NCBI GenBank assembly: GCA_947594835.1
Contig: CANQEH010000013.1
Location: 8,838 to 72,837, forward strand
DNA from: an uncultured Acetatifactor sp.
GTDB taxonomy: Bacteria; Bacillota; Clostridia; Lachnospirales; Lachnospiraceae
Length of the DNA stretch: 64,000 bases
Reading direction: 5' to 3'
How positions within the stretch are numbered: position 1 is the stretch's first letter; each line of letters opens with the position of its first letter. Below the pieces are notes generated by a model. It was given only the letters and a program-made list of their open reading frames with translations. It was not told the origin of the DNA and searched no databases. Of this stretch, positions 53,143 through 62,088 are shown piece after piece. The position numbers and the translations under genes were made by a program.

Positions 53143-54414
53143 ATGCCAAACAACCAGTTAACGGCCGCCCAGGAATCCGGCGCCTCCTCAAACGGTTCCC
53201 TCAGAGTCAGCGTGACGTCGTCCCTCGGAAGGGTTCCCGTCCCAAACGCCTCTGTCACCATCTCCTACACCGGGGATCCCGGGGAGCCGCTGATGCAGCT
53301 TTCCACCGACAGCTCCGGCCAGACGCCTTCCGTGGAACTGCCCGCGCCTCCTGTGGAGCTTTCCCAGGAGCCGGAGAACGAGCTCCAGCCCTATTCGGAA
53401 TACAACATTCTGGTAACGGCGGAAGGCTATGAGCCGGTGCTCATATCCGGCTCGGAACTCTTCGCAGGGGAACTTTCCCTCCAGCCCGTCCGCCTGATGC
53501 CCCTGGAAACAGAGGCGGACGCAAACCAGATAGTGGTCATCCCCGCCCACACGCTGTTTGGGGATTACCCGCCCAAAATCCCCGAGGAGGAGATCAAGCC
53601 CATCGCGGAGACCGGGGAAATCGTCCTGAGCCGGGTGGTCATCCCGGAATATATCATTGTGCACGACGGCGTGCCAAACGACGCCACCGCCCAAAACTAC
53701 TGGGTGCGCTACCGGGACTATATCAAGAACGTGGCCTCCTGCGAGATCTACTCCACCTGGCCGGAAGCGGCGATCTACGCCAACATCCTGGCGATCATGT
53801 CCTTTACCTTAAACCGTGTCTACACGGAGTGGTACCGAAACCAAGGCTACCCTTTTACCATCACTTCCTCCACGGCCTACGACCAGAAATGGGTTTACGG
53901 CCGAAATATCTTCCAGAACATCGACAGACTGGTGGATTCGGTGTTTGCCAACTACCTCTCCCGGCCCGGCGTGCGTCAGCCCATCTTCACCTCCTACTGC
54001 GACGGACAGCGGGTCACCTGCTCGGGGTTAAGCCAATGGGGCTCCAAATACCTGGGAGACCAGGGGTATTCCGCCATTGAGATCATCCGCTATTACTACG
54101 GCAGCGATATGTATATCAACACCGCCGAGGCCATATCCGGCGTGCCCTCCTCCTACCCGGGGTACGACTTGAACATCGGCGCCTCCGGCGACAAGGTCAG
54201 GCAGCTCCAGTCACAGTTAAACCGCATCGCCCGCAACTACCCGGCCATCCCCACCGTCGCAGCGGACGGGGTCTACGGCTCCCAGACGGCGGAAGCCGTC
54301 CGCATCTTCCAGGGCATCTTCGACCTGCCCCAGACCGGCGTTACGGACTATCCCACCTGGTACGAGATATCGGAAATCTATGTTGGCGTATCGCGGATCG
54401 CAGAGCCGGGATAA
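53143..54414 (+). CDS. sleC: spore cortex-lytic enzyme SleC-like (N-terminal pre/pro region, SpoIID-like catalytic core, C-terminal peptidoglycan-binding domain)
   Basis: Trimmed to ATG 53143 (GAGAGG SD), giving 423 aa. YPPKIPEEE, VIPEYIIVHDG, EIYSTWPEAAIYANILAIMSFTLNRVYTEWYRNQGYPFTITS and the PG_binding_1-like end GVYGSQTAEAVRIFQGIFDLPQTGV match clostridial SleC as I remember it. Confidence 0.75.
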   Translation: MPNNQLTAAQESGASSNGSLRVSVTSSLGRVPVPNASVTISYTGDPGEPLMQLSTDSSGQTPSVELPAPPVELSQEPENELQPYSEYNILVTAEGYEPVLISGSELFAGELSLQPVRLMPLETEADANQIVVIPAHTLFGDYPPKIPEEEIKPIAETGEIVLSRVVIPEYIIVHDGVPNDATAQNYWVRYRDYIKNVASCEIYSTWPEAAIYANILAIMSFTLNRVYTEWYRNQGYPFTITSSTAYDQKWVYGRNIFQNIDRLVDSVFANYLSRPGVRQPIFTSYCDGQRVTCSGLSQWGSKYLGDQGYSAIEIIRYYYGSDMYINTAEAISGVPSSYPGYDLNIGASGDKVRQLQSQLNRIARNYPAIPTVAADGVYGSQTAEAVRIFQGIFDLPQTGVTDYPTWYEISEIYVGVSRIAEPG

Positions 54415-54422
54415 AGTAAAAT

Positions 54423-54447
54423 GGGCATCCTTCTTAAGAGGATGCCC
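54423..54447. terminator. hairpin GGGCATCCT-N-AGGATGCCC between convergent genes
   Basis: 9-bp perfect stem between the sleC stop (54414) and the DUF4956 stop (54474). Confidence 0.55.
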
Positions 54448-54473
54448 ACTTGATTAGAAATTCCTGCTTTCAC

Positions 54474-55148
54474 TCAGTACACCGCCTCACCGGTGTGTGC
54501 CATAACTGTGACAGAGATAACGCCTTCAACCTCATTTAACTCACTCAGCAAAGATTCGTAATCCTTTATACGTATCTCCATCAAAAAATCTACATTTTCT
54601 TTGGTCAGGTTTCTGGACTTGACAGTATAATGTCTATCATACTTTTCTACCACTTGATACACACGAGGCGCACACGCATTGCTCTTTGCGTTCACCACAA
54701 GCAACATGGACTTTCTTAATTCTGGAAAACGGTAGAAAACCAGTACAAGCACTGTTGCCCCCAGAGACAGCGCCAATGCCAATCCAGGCATTCCGGCACC
54801 ACATATGATTCCCACACTGATACTCCAAAACATGAAAATTAAATCCAGCGGATTCTTTACCGCAGTCCGAAAACGCACAATGGACAATGCACCCACCATA
54901 CCCAAAGACACTACCACACTGCTCTGAATCGCCAAGATGATTGCCGCTGTGATCACGCACATCAGAATCAAGGAAACATTAAAACCCTTGGAATAAAATG
55001 TATTGACAGTAACGACCCGATACACAAAGAAAAGATAAATTCCCAACAGTCCTGCCACAAGTAACAAAAGCGTCACTTCTTTCATGGACAAGCTGGTATT
55101 CTGAAATCCTTGCAAAAACGATTTTTTAATGACATCCTGAATGCTCAT
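54474..55148 (-). CDS. DUF4956-domain membrane protein (copy 2)
   Basis: Trimmed to ATG 55148 (AAGGAG SD). LSIVRFRTA segment and the same TM + soluble-tail layout as copy 1. Confidence 0.8.
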   Translation of the reverse strand: MSIQDVIKKSFLQGFQNTSLSMKEVTLLLLVAGLLGIYLFFVYRVVTVNTFYSKGFNVSLILMCVITAAIILAIQSSVVVSLGMVGALSIVRFRTAVKNPLDLIFMFWSISVGIICGAGMPGLALALSLGATVLVLVFYRFPELRKSMLLVVNAKSNACAPRVYQVVEKYDRHYTVKSRNLTKENVDFLMEIRIKDYESLLSELNEVEGVISVTVMAHTGEAVY

Positions 55149-55159
55149 TTTCGACTCCT

Positions 55160-55855
55160 TTACGTCATTGCGTATTTTCTGCACAGCACATATTTTGAAA
55201 AACTCGTACGGCTCATCTGCTGTCCGGCGGCCAGCAATTCTACAATAAAACTGGGCAGAATCTCATCAAATTTCACTTCCAGAAGCTGTTCCCCCATCAA
55301 AAAGATTCCTCTCCGCTCAATGGTCGGCTCCAAAAAGTGCTCTGTGCCAAATCCAGAACAAATATTTCGGTCAAAGGTAATTCTTACATTTCCAATATTG
55401 AATAGATATGGCGTCCGGGTATATTCTACCATAACTTTGGGTGTGAACAATTCCGTTCTTTGTTCCAGCAAAAACCTTTTCAAAAGTTCCTGCCCATCCT
55501 TTACATCCGAAACAGGCTTACCTTTGATCAGGCTCTCGCACTGATGCTTTGAAATTCTGCAGATTTCCTTTGCCTTCATTCCGCGAACGGAATGCTTGCA
55601 TTCCAGCTTTATCATTTCCGGGCATCCGTCATAGATACGTATGCGATATTTTTTCCGATTGTCTGTCCCATCCATCCCCTCTTGGAAACAGCAGTCATCA
55701 TATGTGTCAAAATACAGGCTCCGAATCTCGTAATTACCCTCTGGCCCCACATAGGGATCTAACCTGCACAGATGACGTATCTTATTCTCCATAAGCATAA
55801 GACTGTTTTCGTCACAAATAAATTTCCATTCATGTCGATAGCGCAGCGTTTCCAT
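55160..55855 (-). CDS. VTC-domain (polyphosphate-polymerase-like tunnel fold) protein (copy 2)
   Basis: YRHEWKFIC (RxExKF), RSLYFDT, KKYRIRIY, LLEVKFD and SFSKY are the same strand signatures as copy 1. Confidence 0.8.
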   Translation of the reverse strand: METLRYRHEWKFICDENSLMLMENKIRHLCRLDPYVGPEGNYEIRSLYFDTYDDCCFQEGMDGTDNRKKYRIRIYDGCPEMIKLECKHSVRGMKAKEICRISKHQCESLIKGKPVSDVKDGQELLKRFLLEQRTELFTPKVMVEYTRTPYLFNIGNVRITFDRNICSGFGTEHFLEPTIERRGIFLMGEQLLEVKFDEILPSFIVELLAAGQQMSRTSFSKYVLCRKYAMT

Positions 55856-55871
55856 CCTCTTTGTTTTCTCC

Positions 55872-57908
55872 TTAAGGCGTATCGGTACTTTCTGCTTCTG
55901 CCTGCTCCTGCATCATCTCCAGCCGATCGGCAAACTGGCGTATGATTTCCGAATCGACCTGTGAAGCCTCTTGTCCAGACATTGCAAGACCATTCTGCAA
56001 TAAAACATCCATTTCAATCCATTCTGATCGATAAACAGCATTTTCCAATATTGGGAGCCTGCTGTTAAATAACGCATTGCTTTCCACATTTCTCCACCCC
56101 GAAAAAATCGCAGCGTAGGTTGTAATCACAGGGGCATTTTCAAGATATTCTCCTTTTTTTACATTGTATTTTTCATAAACATTTCCTTGATAGTCCAAAA
56201 ATGTAATGGTACAATACTCTTCGCCATCCAGCCAGACATCTTCCAGATATTCTGCTTTCTGCTTCAGAAAATTGATGAGAGCATCTCTGCTTGTATCAAA
56301 ATCAGAATAATAGCCATATACACCAGGCCAGCGTATACCATCCATTTCAGCCGATTCCTTTACCACAGCGCTCGTCCGATAAATATCTGCTCCGGCCAAA
56401 TACTTAGCATAAGGCAGATATAGCTGTTGAAACTGGTCGTAAACCTGGTCTCGTACCTCCTGATATTGCATCATTTCCTGTACATAAATGCCGAAATTTC
56501 CCAACTGTCTGGGATCATCCAGCCAAAATTTCTTCGCTCCATAGCTTCCCATAGTTCTGTCATAATCCCACATAGGCCCGGAATAGATATGAGTATCTAT
56601 ACTATCACAATCCTTATAAAAATACATACTGTTTGAGACAACGTCCGGATTATGAAACATTTCTTCCATCAAATATTTTTGGATCCAGGAATCCACGTCC
56701 AGATATTCCGAAAAATGTCTGCCGGTCCCAGGATGAATTCCATCCTCCTGATGAAATGCCAGTTCCAGTTCATTAAACTGGCCACATATATACTGGGCCT
56801 GTTCTACCGTAGCAGGATTGGGGCTGACAATCTGATAGCAATTTCCACCTTCTGTCATAAACGCATTTGTTTCGTCTTCATAGATATGTGCGGGGATATG
56901 CCTCACTAAATATCCACCTGTGATATCTTTCGGATTAACCAGTCCGCTCGTTGCCTTTATTTTCCCATCCTCAGATACATACAGGGCCGCAGTATCGTAT
57001 GTATCTTGTCCGTTAATTTTTTCTGTGGCTTCCTCCAAATTTGTAATATTTAAACGTTTGTCAGATATCTCAATTTTTTCACACAAATAATAATTGCCAA
57101 CATAATCTCCATTTAAATACAGATCCACAAATCTTCCCTGAATAGACGGTACTTCCGTATAGTTTTCTGCAAAGCGAAATATTATGTCGTTCTTTATCAG
57201 GGAATCATCCAGCATATCGGCAAGCAAAATCCATTTTTCTGCCAAAGGCATATCTAAAAGCCCATATCCCTTTTCCAGCTTGATCTGATAGGACTTCTTT
57301 TCCATTTCGTAGAAAGAAGAACTGCCACGCGCCTTGATATATTCAAGTTGTCCGCAATATTCATTGTTTCCGTCTATTCCAATTAAGGCTACAGATGCCG
57401 GCTCTTTCACTTCTTTGTCTGCATGGATTCTTTCCATGCTCCCAGATGCAGTCTCAATAAAAAGGGCTGGGATTTCTGCGGACTCCAAAAAAACAATTTG
57501 TCCGGATTCCGGATCCGTGCCTTCCTGTCCAGAATAAAATTCTAATTCATACGTTTTGGAATATTCCAGATGTTCGATCACAGCATTCGAAGCCGTAAAA
57601 ATTTCCGCATCCAAGCGAACTGATGAACCTTCACCCAAATTACAGAACCTGACCTCCCAGTGATCAGAGCCTGTAGGCAGGAAAAAATAAAATACCCCCC
57701 CGTCTCCCTGCCAGATATGCAGTTTCTGAGTCCCCCCCGGAAACCCAACACTTACCTCCAATTGAGTACAAGTTTCTGCCGGAATGGAATCGACGCCATA
57801 CTTTCTGCTTGACCAGAAAAGAAAAACTGACATTGCAGCAGCCAAAGCAGCTGCACAAAGCAGAGAAGACACGATCACTGAACGTCTTTGTGACATATTC
57901 CTATCCAA
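55872..57908 (-). CDS. membrane-anchored CotH kinase family protein
   Basis: N-terminal TM helix VIVSSLLCAAALAAAMSVFLFW. CotH-type core (VDLYLNGDYVGNYYLCEKIE, GPMWDYDRTMG). The start may be the TTG at 57908 or the ATG at 57896. Confidence 0.8.
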   Translation of the reverse strand: MDRNMSQRRSVIVSSLLCAAALAAAMSVFLFWSSRKYGVDSIPAETCTQLEVSVGFPGGTQKLHIWQGDGGVFYFFLPTGSDHWEVRFCNLGEGSSVRLDAEIFTASNAVIEHLEYSKTYELEFYSGQEGTDPESGQIVFLESAEIPALFIETASGSMERIHADKEVKEPASVALIGIDGNNEYCGQLEYIKARGSSSFYEMEKKSYQIKLEKGYGLLDMPLAEKWILLADMLDDSLIKNDIIFRFAENYTEVPSIQGRFVDLYLNGDYVGNYYLCEKIEISDKRLNITNLEEATEKINGQDTYDTAALYVSEDGKIKATSGLVNPKDITGGYLVRHIPAHIYEDETNAFMTEGGNCYQIVSPNPATVEQAQYICGQFNELELAFHQEDGIHPGTGRHFSEYLDVDSWIQKYLMEEMFHNPDVVSNSMYFYKDCDSIDTHIYSGPMWDYDRTMGSYGAKKFWLDDPRQLGNFGIYVQEMMQYQEVRDQVYDQFQQLYLPYAKYLAGADIYRTSAVVKESAEMDGIRWPGVYGYYSDFDTSRDALINFLKQKAEYLEDVWLDGEEYCTITFLDYQGNVYEKYNVKKGEYLENAPVITTYAAIFSGWRNVESNALFNSRLPILENAVYRSEWIEMDVLLQNGLAMSGQEASQVDSEIIRQFADRLEMMQEQAEAESTDTP

Positions 57909-57946
57909 CTCTTTACCTGCTTCCTTTCGTTTTTAATGTCTATGAG

Positions 57947-57975
57947 AGAATAACATACTTCAATGGAAAAGTCAA
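57947..57975 (-). promoter_or_regulatory. sigma-A-type promoter TTGACT-17 nt-TATTCT for the cotH-VTC-DUF4956 operon
   Basis: The reverse complement of 57970-57975 is TTGACT. The reverse complement of 57947-57952 is TATTCT. Confidence 0.45.
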
Positions 57976-58110
57976 TTTAACCACTCTTTGGACTTTCCGT
58001 ACTACAGCTTATCTAAAAATCTGCCCATTTTTTCTTGCCTTTTCGTCTCCTCTGTAATAAAATAACAGCATTCAACATACTGCCAAAAACGTCGAAAGGA
58101 GACAGATGAC

Positions 58111-59727
58111 ATGAAATTGACAAGAACCGGGCTTGCGGCAGACCGCAGCGCTTTTCTTGCGGCGGGTTACCGCCTGCCGGACTTTGACGATGCAACTGTG
58201 CGGGCGTCTACCGCAGCCCATCCCTGCTGGATCCATTTCGGTGCAGGCAACATCTTCCGCGCCTTTCAGGCAAACATGGCGCAGGGCCTGCTGAACCGCG
58301 GCGTCCTGCAGACCGGGCTGATCGCCGCCGAAGGCTACGACTACGAGATCGTCGAAAAGAGCCTGCGCCCCCACGACGACCTGACCCTTTTGGCCACCTT
58401 AAAATCCGACGGCACCGTGGAAAAGACAGTGGTGGGCAGCATTATGGAGTCATATGTGCTGGATCGCTCCGATGAGGCGGAATATGCGCGCCTGCAGGAG
58501 ATCTTCGCCTCCCCCTCCCTGCAGATGGCCAGCTTTACCATCACGGAAAAGGGGTATGCGGTTGCCGATTCCCTGGGAAACACCCTGCCCTCCATTGCCG
58601 CAGACTTTGAAAAAGGGCCGGGCCAGGCGGACAGTTATCTGGGCAAGGTAGTCTCCCTGCTTTACCACCGCTATCAAAACGGGGCGCTGCCCATCGCCAT
58701 GGTGAGCATGGACAACTGCTCCCACAACGGCGACAAGCTCAAGGCGGCAGTCTTATCCTTTGCCGACGCCTGGTGCGGGCGCGGTCTGGCTGCGGACGGC
58801 TTTGCCGGGTATGTGAGGGATGAGTCCAAGGTTTCCTTCCCCTGGTCCATGATCGACAAGATCACGCCCAGGCCCGACAGCCGGATAGAGGCGATGTTTG
58901 CAGCCGACGGCATAGAAGACCTGGCCCCTGTCATCACCTCCAAAAATACGTATATCGCTCCTTTCGTCAACGCGGAGGAGTGTGAATACCTGGTGATAGA
59001 AGACGCCTTTCCCAACGGCAGGCCCCCTCTTGAGCAGGGCGGCGTACTGTTTACCGACCGGGCGACCGTGGACAAGGTGGAAAAGATGAAAGTCTGCACC
59101 TGTTTAAATCCCCTGCACACTGCCCTGGCCATCTTCGGCTGCCTGCTGGGCTATCAGCTGATCTGCGAGGAGATGACCGATCCCACCCTGCGCAGGCTGG
59201 TGGAAGGAATCGGCTACCGGGAGGGCCTGCCCGTGGTGACAGATCCCGGCGTCATCCACCCCGAGGATTTCATCGACCAGGTGATAAACGTCCGGCTTCC
59301 CAATCCCTTCATGCCCGACACGCCCCAGCGGATCGCCACGGACACTTCCCAGAAGCTGGGAATCCGGTTCGGCGAGACCATCAAGGCATACCAGAACTCG
59401 CCACAGCTTGACACAGCGGATCTGAAGCTGATCCCCCTGGTGTTTGCGGGATGGCTGCGCTATCTGATGGCTGTGGACGATGCGGGAAATCCCTTTTCCC
59501 CCAGCCCGGATCCCCTGCTGAAGGAGGCAGGCGCCTATGTGGCCGGCTTTTCTTTAAATGACGGCCCCAAGGATCTGGACGCGCTGGACGGCCTGCTGTG
59601 CAACGAGAAAATCTTCGGTGTGAGCCTGGCCGAAGCCGGCATGGCAGAAACGGTGAAGGGCTTCTTTGCGGAGCTGTCCCAGGGCGTGGGAGCCGTCCGG
59701 AAAACGCTGGAAAAATATGTGGGCTGA
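58111..59727 (+). CDS. mannitol dehydrogenase family oxidoreductase (fructuronate/mannonate reductase-like)
   Basis: The N-terminal Rossmann segment WIHFGAGNIFRAFQA and the 538-aa length fit the long-chain mannitol dehydrogenase family. Confidence 0.8.
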   Translation: MKLTRTGLAADRSAFLAAGYRLPDFDDATVRASTAAHPCWIHFGAGNIFRAFQANMAQGLLNRGVLQTGLIAAEGYDYEIVEKSLRPHDDLTLLATLKSDGTVEKTVVGSIMESYVLDRSDEAEYARLQEIFASPSLQMASFTITEKGYAVADSLGNTLPSIAADFEKGPGQADSYLGKVVSLLYHRYQNGALPIAMVSMDNCSHNGDKLKAAVLSFADAWCGRGLAADGFAGYVRDESKVSFPWSMIDKITPRPDSRIEAMFAADGIEDLAPVITSKNTYIAPFVNAEECEYLVIEDAFPNGRPPLEQGGVLFTDRATVDKVEKMKVCTCLNPLHTALAIFGCLLGYQLICEEMTDPTLRRLVEGIGYREGLPVVTDPGVIHPEDFIDQVINVRLPNPFMPDTPQRIATDTSQKLGIRFGETIKAYQNSPQLDTADLKLIPLVFAGWLRYLMAVDDAGNPFSPSPDPLLKEAGAYVAGFSLNDGPKDLDALDGLLCNEKIFGVSLAEAGMAETVKGFFAELSQGVGAVRKTLEKYVG

Positions 59728-59782
59728 CCCTCTCTCGAAGAGTTGGAAGAAACGTGCGCCGTCTGGCGCACAGACAAAAAGA

Positions 59783-59817
59783 CGTGTGCGGATCCCTTCC
59801 GCACACGCCTTTTTTTG
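59783..59817. terminator. bidirectional intrinsic terminator (CGTGTGCGGA-tccc-TTCCGCACACG, A5 / T7 flanks)
   Basis: Lies between the convergent stops at 59727 and 59822. Confidence 0.7.
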
Positions 59818-59821
59818 GTTT

Positions 59822-61924
59822 TTATTTTGTCAGCAGCATCATGATATCGTTGCTTCTGGCAATAAAGCGGGTCATGGCGTCCGAGGCAAGCGGTGCGTGC
59901 TGGAGCCTTGCCAGGTCATAGAGCTGTTCGCAGATCATCTCCACGTTTTCCCCTTCCTGATGCTCCATCACATACTGTACCAGCGGATGGCTGGCGTTTA
60001 AGATCAGCGTCTCGCCCTCGCCGCCGAATGTTCCCATGTCCATTCCCGGCATGGAGTACATCTTCATCATATCCTGCATCCTTCTGGTCTCCTCCGAAAG
60101 GGTGAGCACAGAGGATATTTTCTTGTTTTTCAGCTTCTCCACCTTGATGGCGATCTTGTCGTTCTTCAGCGCCTTCTTCATGATCTTGGCGATGGCCTGG
60201 GCCTGCTCCTCCATCTCCTTTAACGCCTTCTGGGAAGTCTTGGACTTCAGCGCGTCCGTCACGTCCGCGTCGATGCGCTGGAACTTAACGCCCTGGTTCT
60301 TGGCCTCCAGCTGGGAGATAAAGGGCTGGTCGATGTTGTGGGTCAGGATCACCGCGTCCATCTTGGCCGCTTTAAACATATTGATGTACTGGCTCTGCTG
60401 CCGCTCGTCGGTGACGTAGTAGATGACTTTCTCTTTCTTTTCTTCCCCGTCTTCCGGTAGGTCCTCTCCCTCTGCCTTGTCCTCTTCCTGCTCTGACGTC
60501 GGGGAGACCACTTCTGCCTCCACCTTTTCGCCGTTTTCATCCACCGCTTCCCCGGCGCTCTCTTCCTCGTCCTGGGGCTTGATGTCCAGACATTCGGGCA
60601 GCGTCAGATACTTGCCCTCCAGATTCTTAAACAGGATGTAGTCGTTCATCTTCTCGCAGAACTTGTCGTCCCGCAGGCAGCCGAACTTGATGAAGGGGCT
60701 GATGTCGTCCCAGTACTTGTCGTACTCCTCTTTTTCCGTCTTGCACATCCCGGAGAGCTTGTCCGCCACCTTCTTGGTGATATACTCGGAAATCTTCTTG
60801 ACAAAGCCGTCGTTCTGCAGGGCGCTGCGGGACACATTTAAGGGCAGATCCGGGCAGTCGATGACGCCCTTTAAGAGCAGCAAAAACTCCGGGATCACTT
60901 CCTTGATGTTGTCCGCAATGAACACCTGATTGTTGTACAGCTTGATGGTTCCCTCGATGGACTCGTACTCCATGTTGATCTTGGGGAAGTACAGGATGCC
61001 CTTTAAGTTGAAGGGATAGTCCATGTTCAGATGGATCCAGAACAGCGGCTCCTTGTAGTCCTGGAAGACCTTCCGGTAAAACTCCAGATACTCCTCTCTG
61101 GTGCAGTTGTTGGGGTGCTTCGTCCAGAGGGGCTCCGTCTCGTTCAAAAGCTCAGGGCGCCTGCGTATCTTGAGTTTCTTCGGCTCTGCCTCCTTGCCTT
61201 CCTCCCCTTCTTTCTGCTCCGGCAGGATCTCCTCCAGGACGACGTCGTCCTCTTTCTTTTCGTCCTCCCTGATGATCTGGGTCTCCTTGGTGTCCGCCTT
61301 GGACAGATAGATTTCCGTGGGCATGAAGGAACAGTACTTCTTGATCACTTCCCTGGCCTTGTACTCGTTGCAGAACTCCAGGCAGTCTTCGTTTAAAAAC
61401 AGCGTGACGGACGTGCCCACTTCCTTCCTGTCCCCTGTCTCCATGGTAAACTGGGTGCCGCCGTCGCACTCCCAATGCACCGGCTCCGCCCCCTCCTTAT
61501 AGGAGAGCGTGTCGATGTGAACCTCGTCCGCCACCATGAACGCGGAATAAAAGCCCAGACCGAAATGGCCGATGATCTGGTCGGCGCTGCTCTTGTCCTT
61601 ATATTTTTCAATGAAGTCCGTGGCCCCGGAAAAAGCGATCTGATCGATGTATTCGTCCACTTCCTCCGCCGTCATGCCCAGGCCGTTGTCGGTGAAGGTA
61701 AGGGTCTTTGCCTCCGGGTTTACCACCACGTCTATTCTGGCGCGATACCCTTCCGGCAGGGTATATTCCCCCATCATGTCCAGTTTTTTGAGCTTGGTCA
61801 CCGCATCGCATCCGTTGGAGATCAGCTCCCTGTAAAAGATGTCGTGATCGGAATACAGCCACTTCTTGATGATGGGAAAAATATTTTCGCTGTTGATGGA
61901 TAAGCTTCCAGTCTTTGCTGCCAT
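59822..61924 (-). CDS. htpG: molecular chaperone HtpG (Hsp90)
   Basis: Trimmed to ATG 61924 (AAAGGAG SD). IFPIIKKWLYSDHDIFYRELISNGCDA and GHFGLGFYSAFMVA (GHKL ATPase). Confidence 0.95.
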   Translation of the reverse strand: MAAKTGSLSINSENIFPIIKKWLYSDHDIFYRELISNGCDAVTKLKKLDMMGEYTLPEGYRARIDVVVNPEAKTLTFTDNGLGMTAEEVDEYIDQIAFSGATDFIEKYKDKSSADQIIGHFGLGFYSAFMVADEVHIDTLSYKEGAEPVHWECDGGTQFTMETGDRKEVGTSVTLFLNEDCLEFCNEYKAREVIKKYCSFMPTEIYLSKADTKETQIIREDEKKEDDVVLEEILPEQKEGEEGKEAEPKKLKIRRRPELLNETEPLWTKHPNNCTREEYLEFYRKVFQDYKEPLFWIHLNMDYPFNLKGILYFPKINMEYESIEGTIKLYNNQVFIADNIKEVIPEFLLLLKGVIDCPDLPLNVSRSALQNDGFVKKISEYITKKVADKLSGMCKTEKEEYDKYWDDISPFIKFGCLRDDKFCEKMNDYILFKNLEGKYLTLPECLDIKPQDEEESAGEAVDENGEKVEAEVVSPTSEQEEDKAEGEDLPEDGEEKKEKVIYYVTDERQQSQYINMFKAAKMDAVILTHNIDQPFISQLEAKNQGVKFQRIDADVTDALKSKTSQKALKEMEEQAQAIAKIMKKALKNDKIAIKVEKLKNKKISSVLTLSEETRRMQDMMKMYSMPGMDMGTFGGEGETLILNASHPLVQYVMEHQEGENVEMICEQLYDLARLQHAPLASDAMTRFIARSNDIMMLLTK

Positions 61925-61968
61925 TGCTACCACTCCTTTTTGATTTGATGTGACATCTGACTACATCC

Positions 61969-61996
61969 AGTTTATCACTTGTGGGACAAATGTCAA
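61969..61996 (-). promoter_or_regulatory. sigma-A promoter TTGACA-16 nt-TGaTAAACT for htpG
   Basis: The reverse complement of 61991-61996 is TTGACA. The reverse complement of 61969-61974 is TAAACT with an extended TG. Confidence 0.55.
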
Positions 61997-62003
61997 TAAA
62001 AAA

Positions 62004-62030
62004 TTAGCACTCATCTTGCACGAGTGCTAA
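62004..62030. promoter_or_regulatory. CIRCE operator (HrcA binding site), perfect consensus TTAGCACTC-N9-GAGTGCTAA
   Basis: TTAGCACTC at 62004-62012, spacer atcttgcac, GAGTGCTAA at 62022-62030. It sits 7 nt upstream of the htpG -35. Confidence 0.85.
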
Positions 62031-62088
62031 TAGCCTGCCCAAAACCGCCGAAACACGGCGTTTCCCGTCTTTCTAAAATTTTTGTGAA

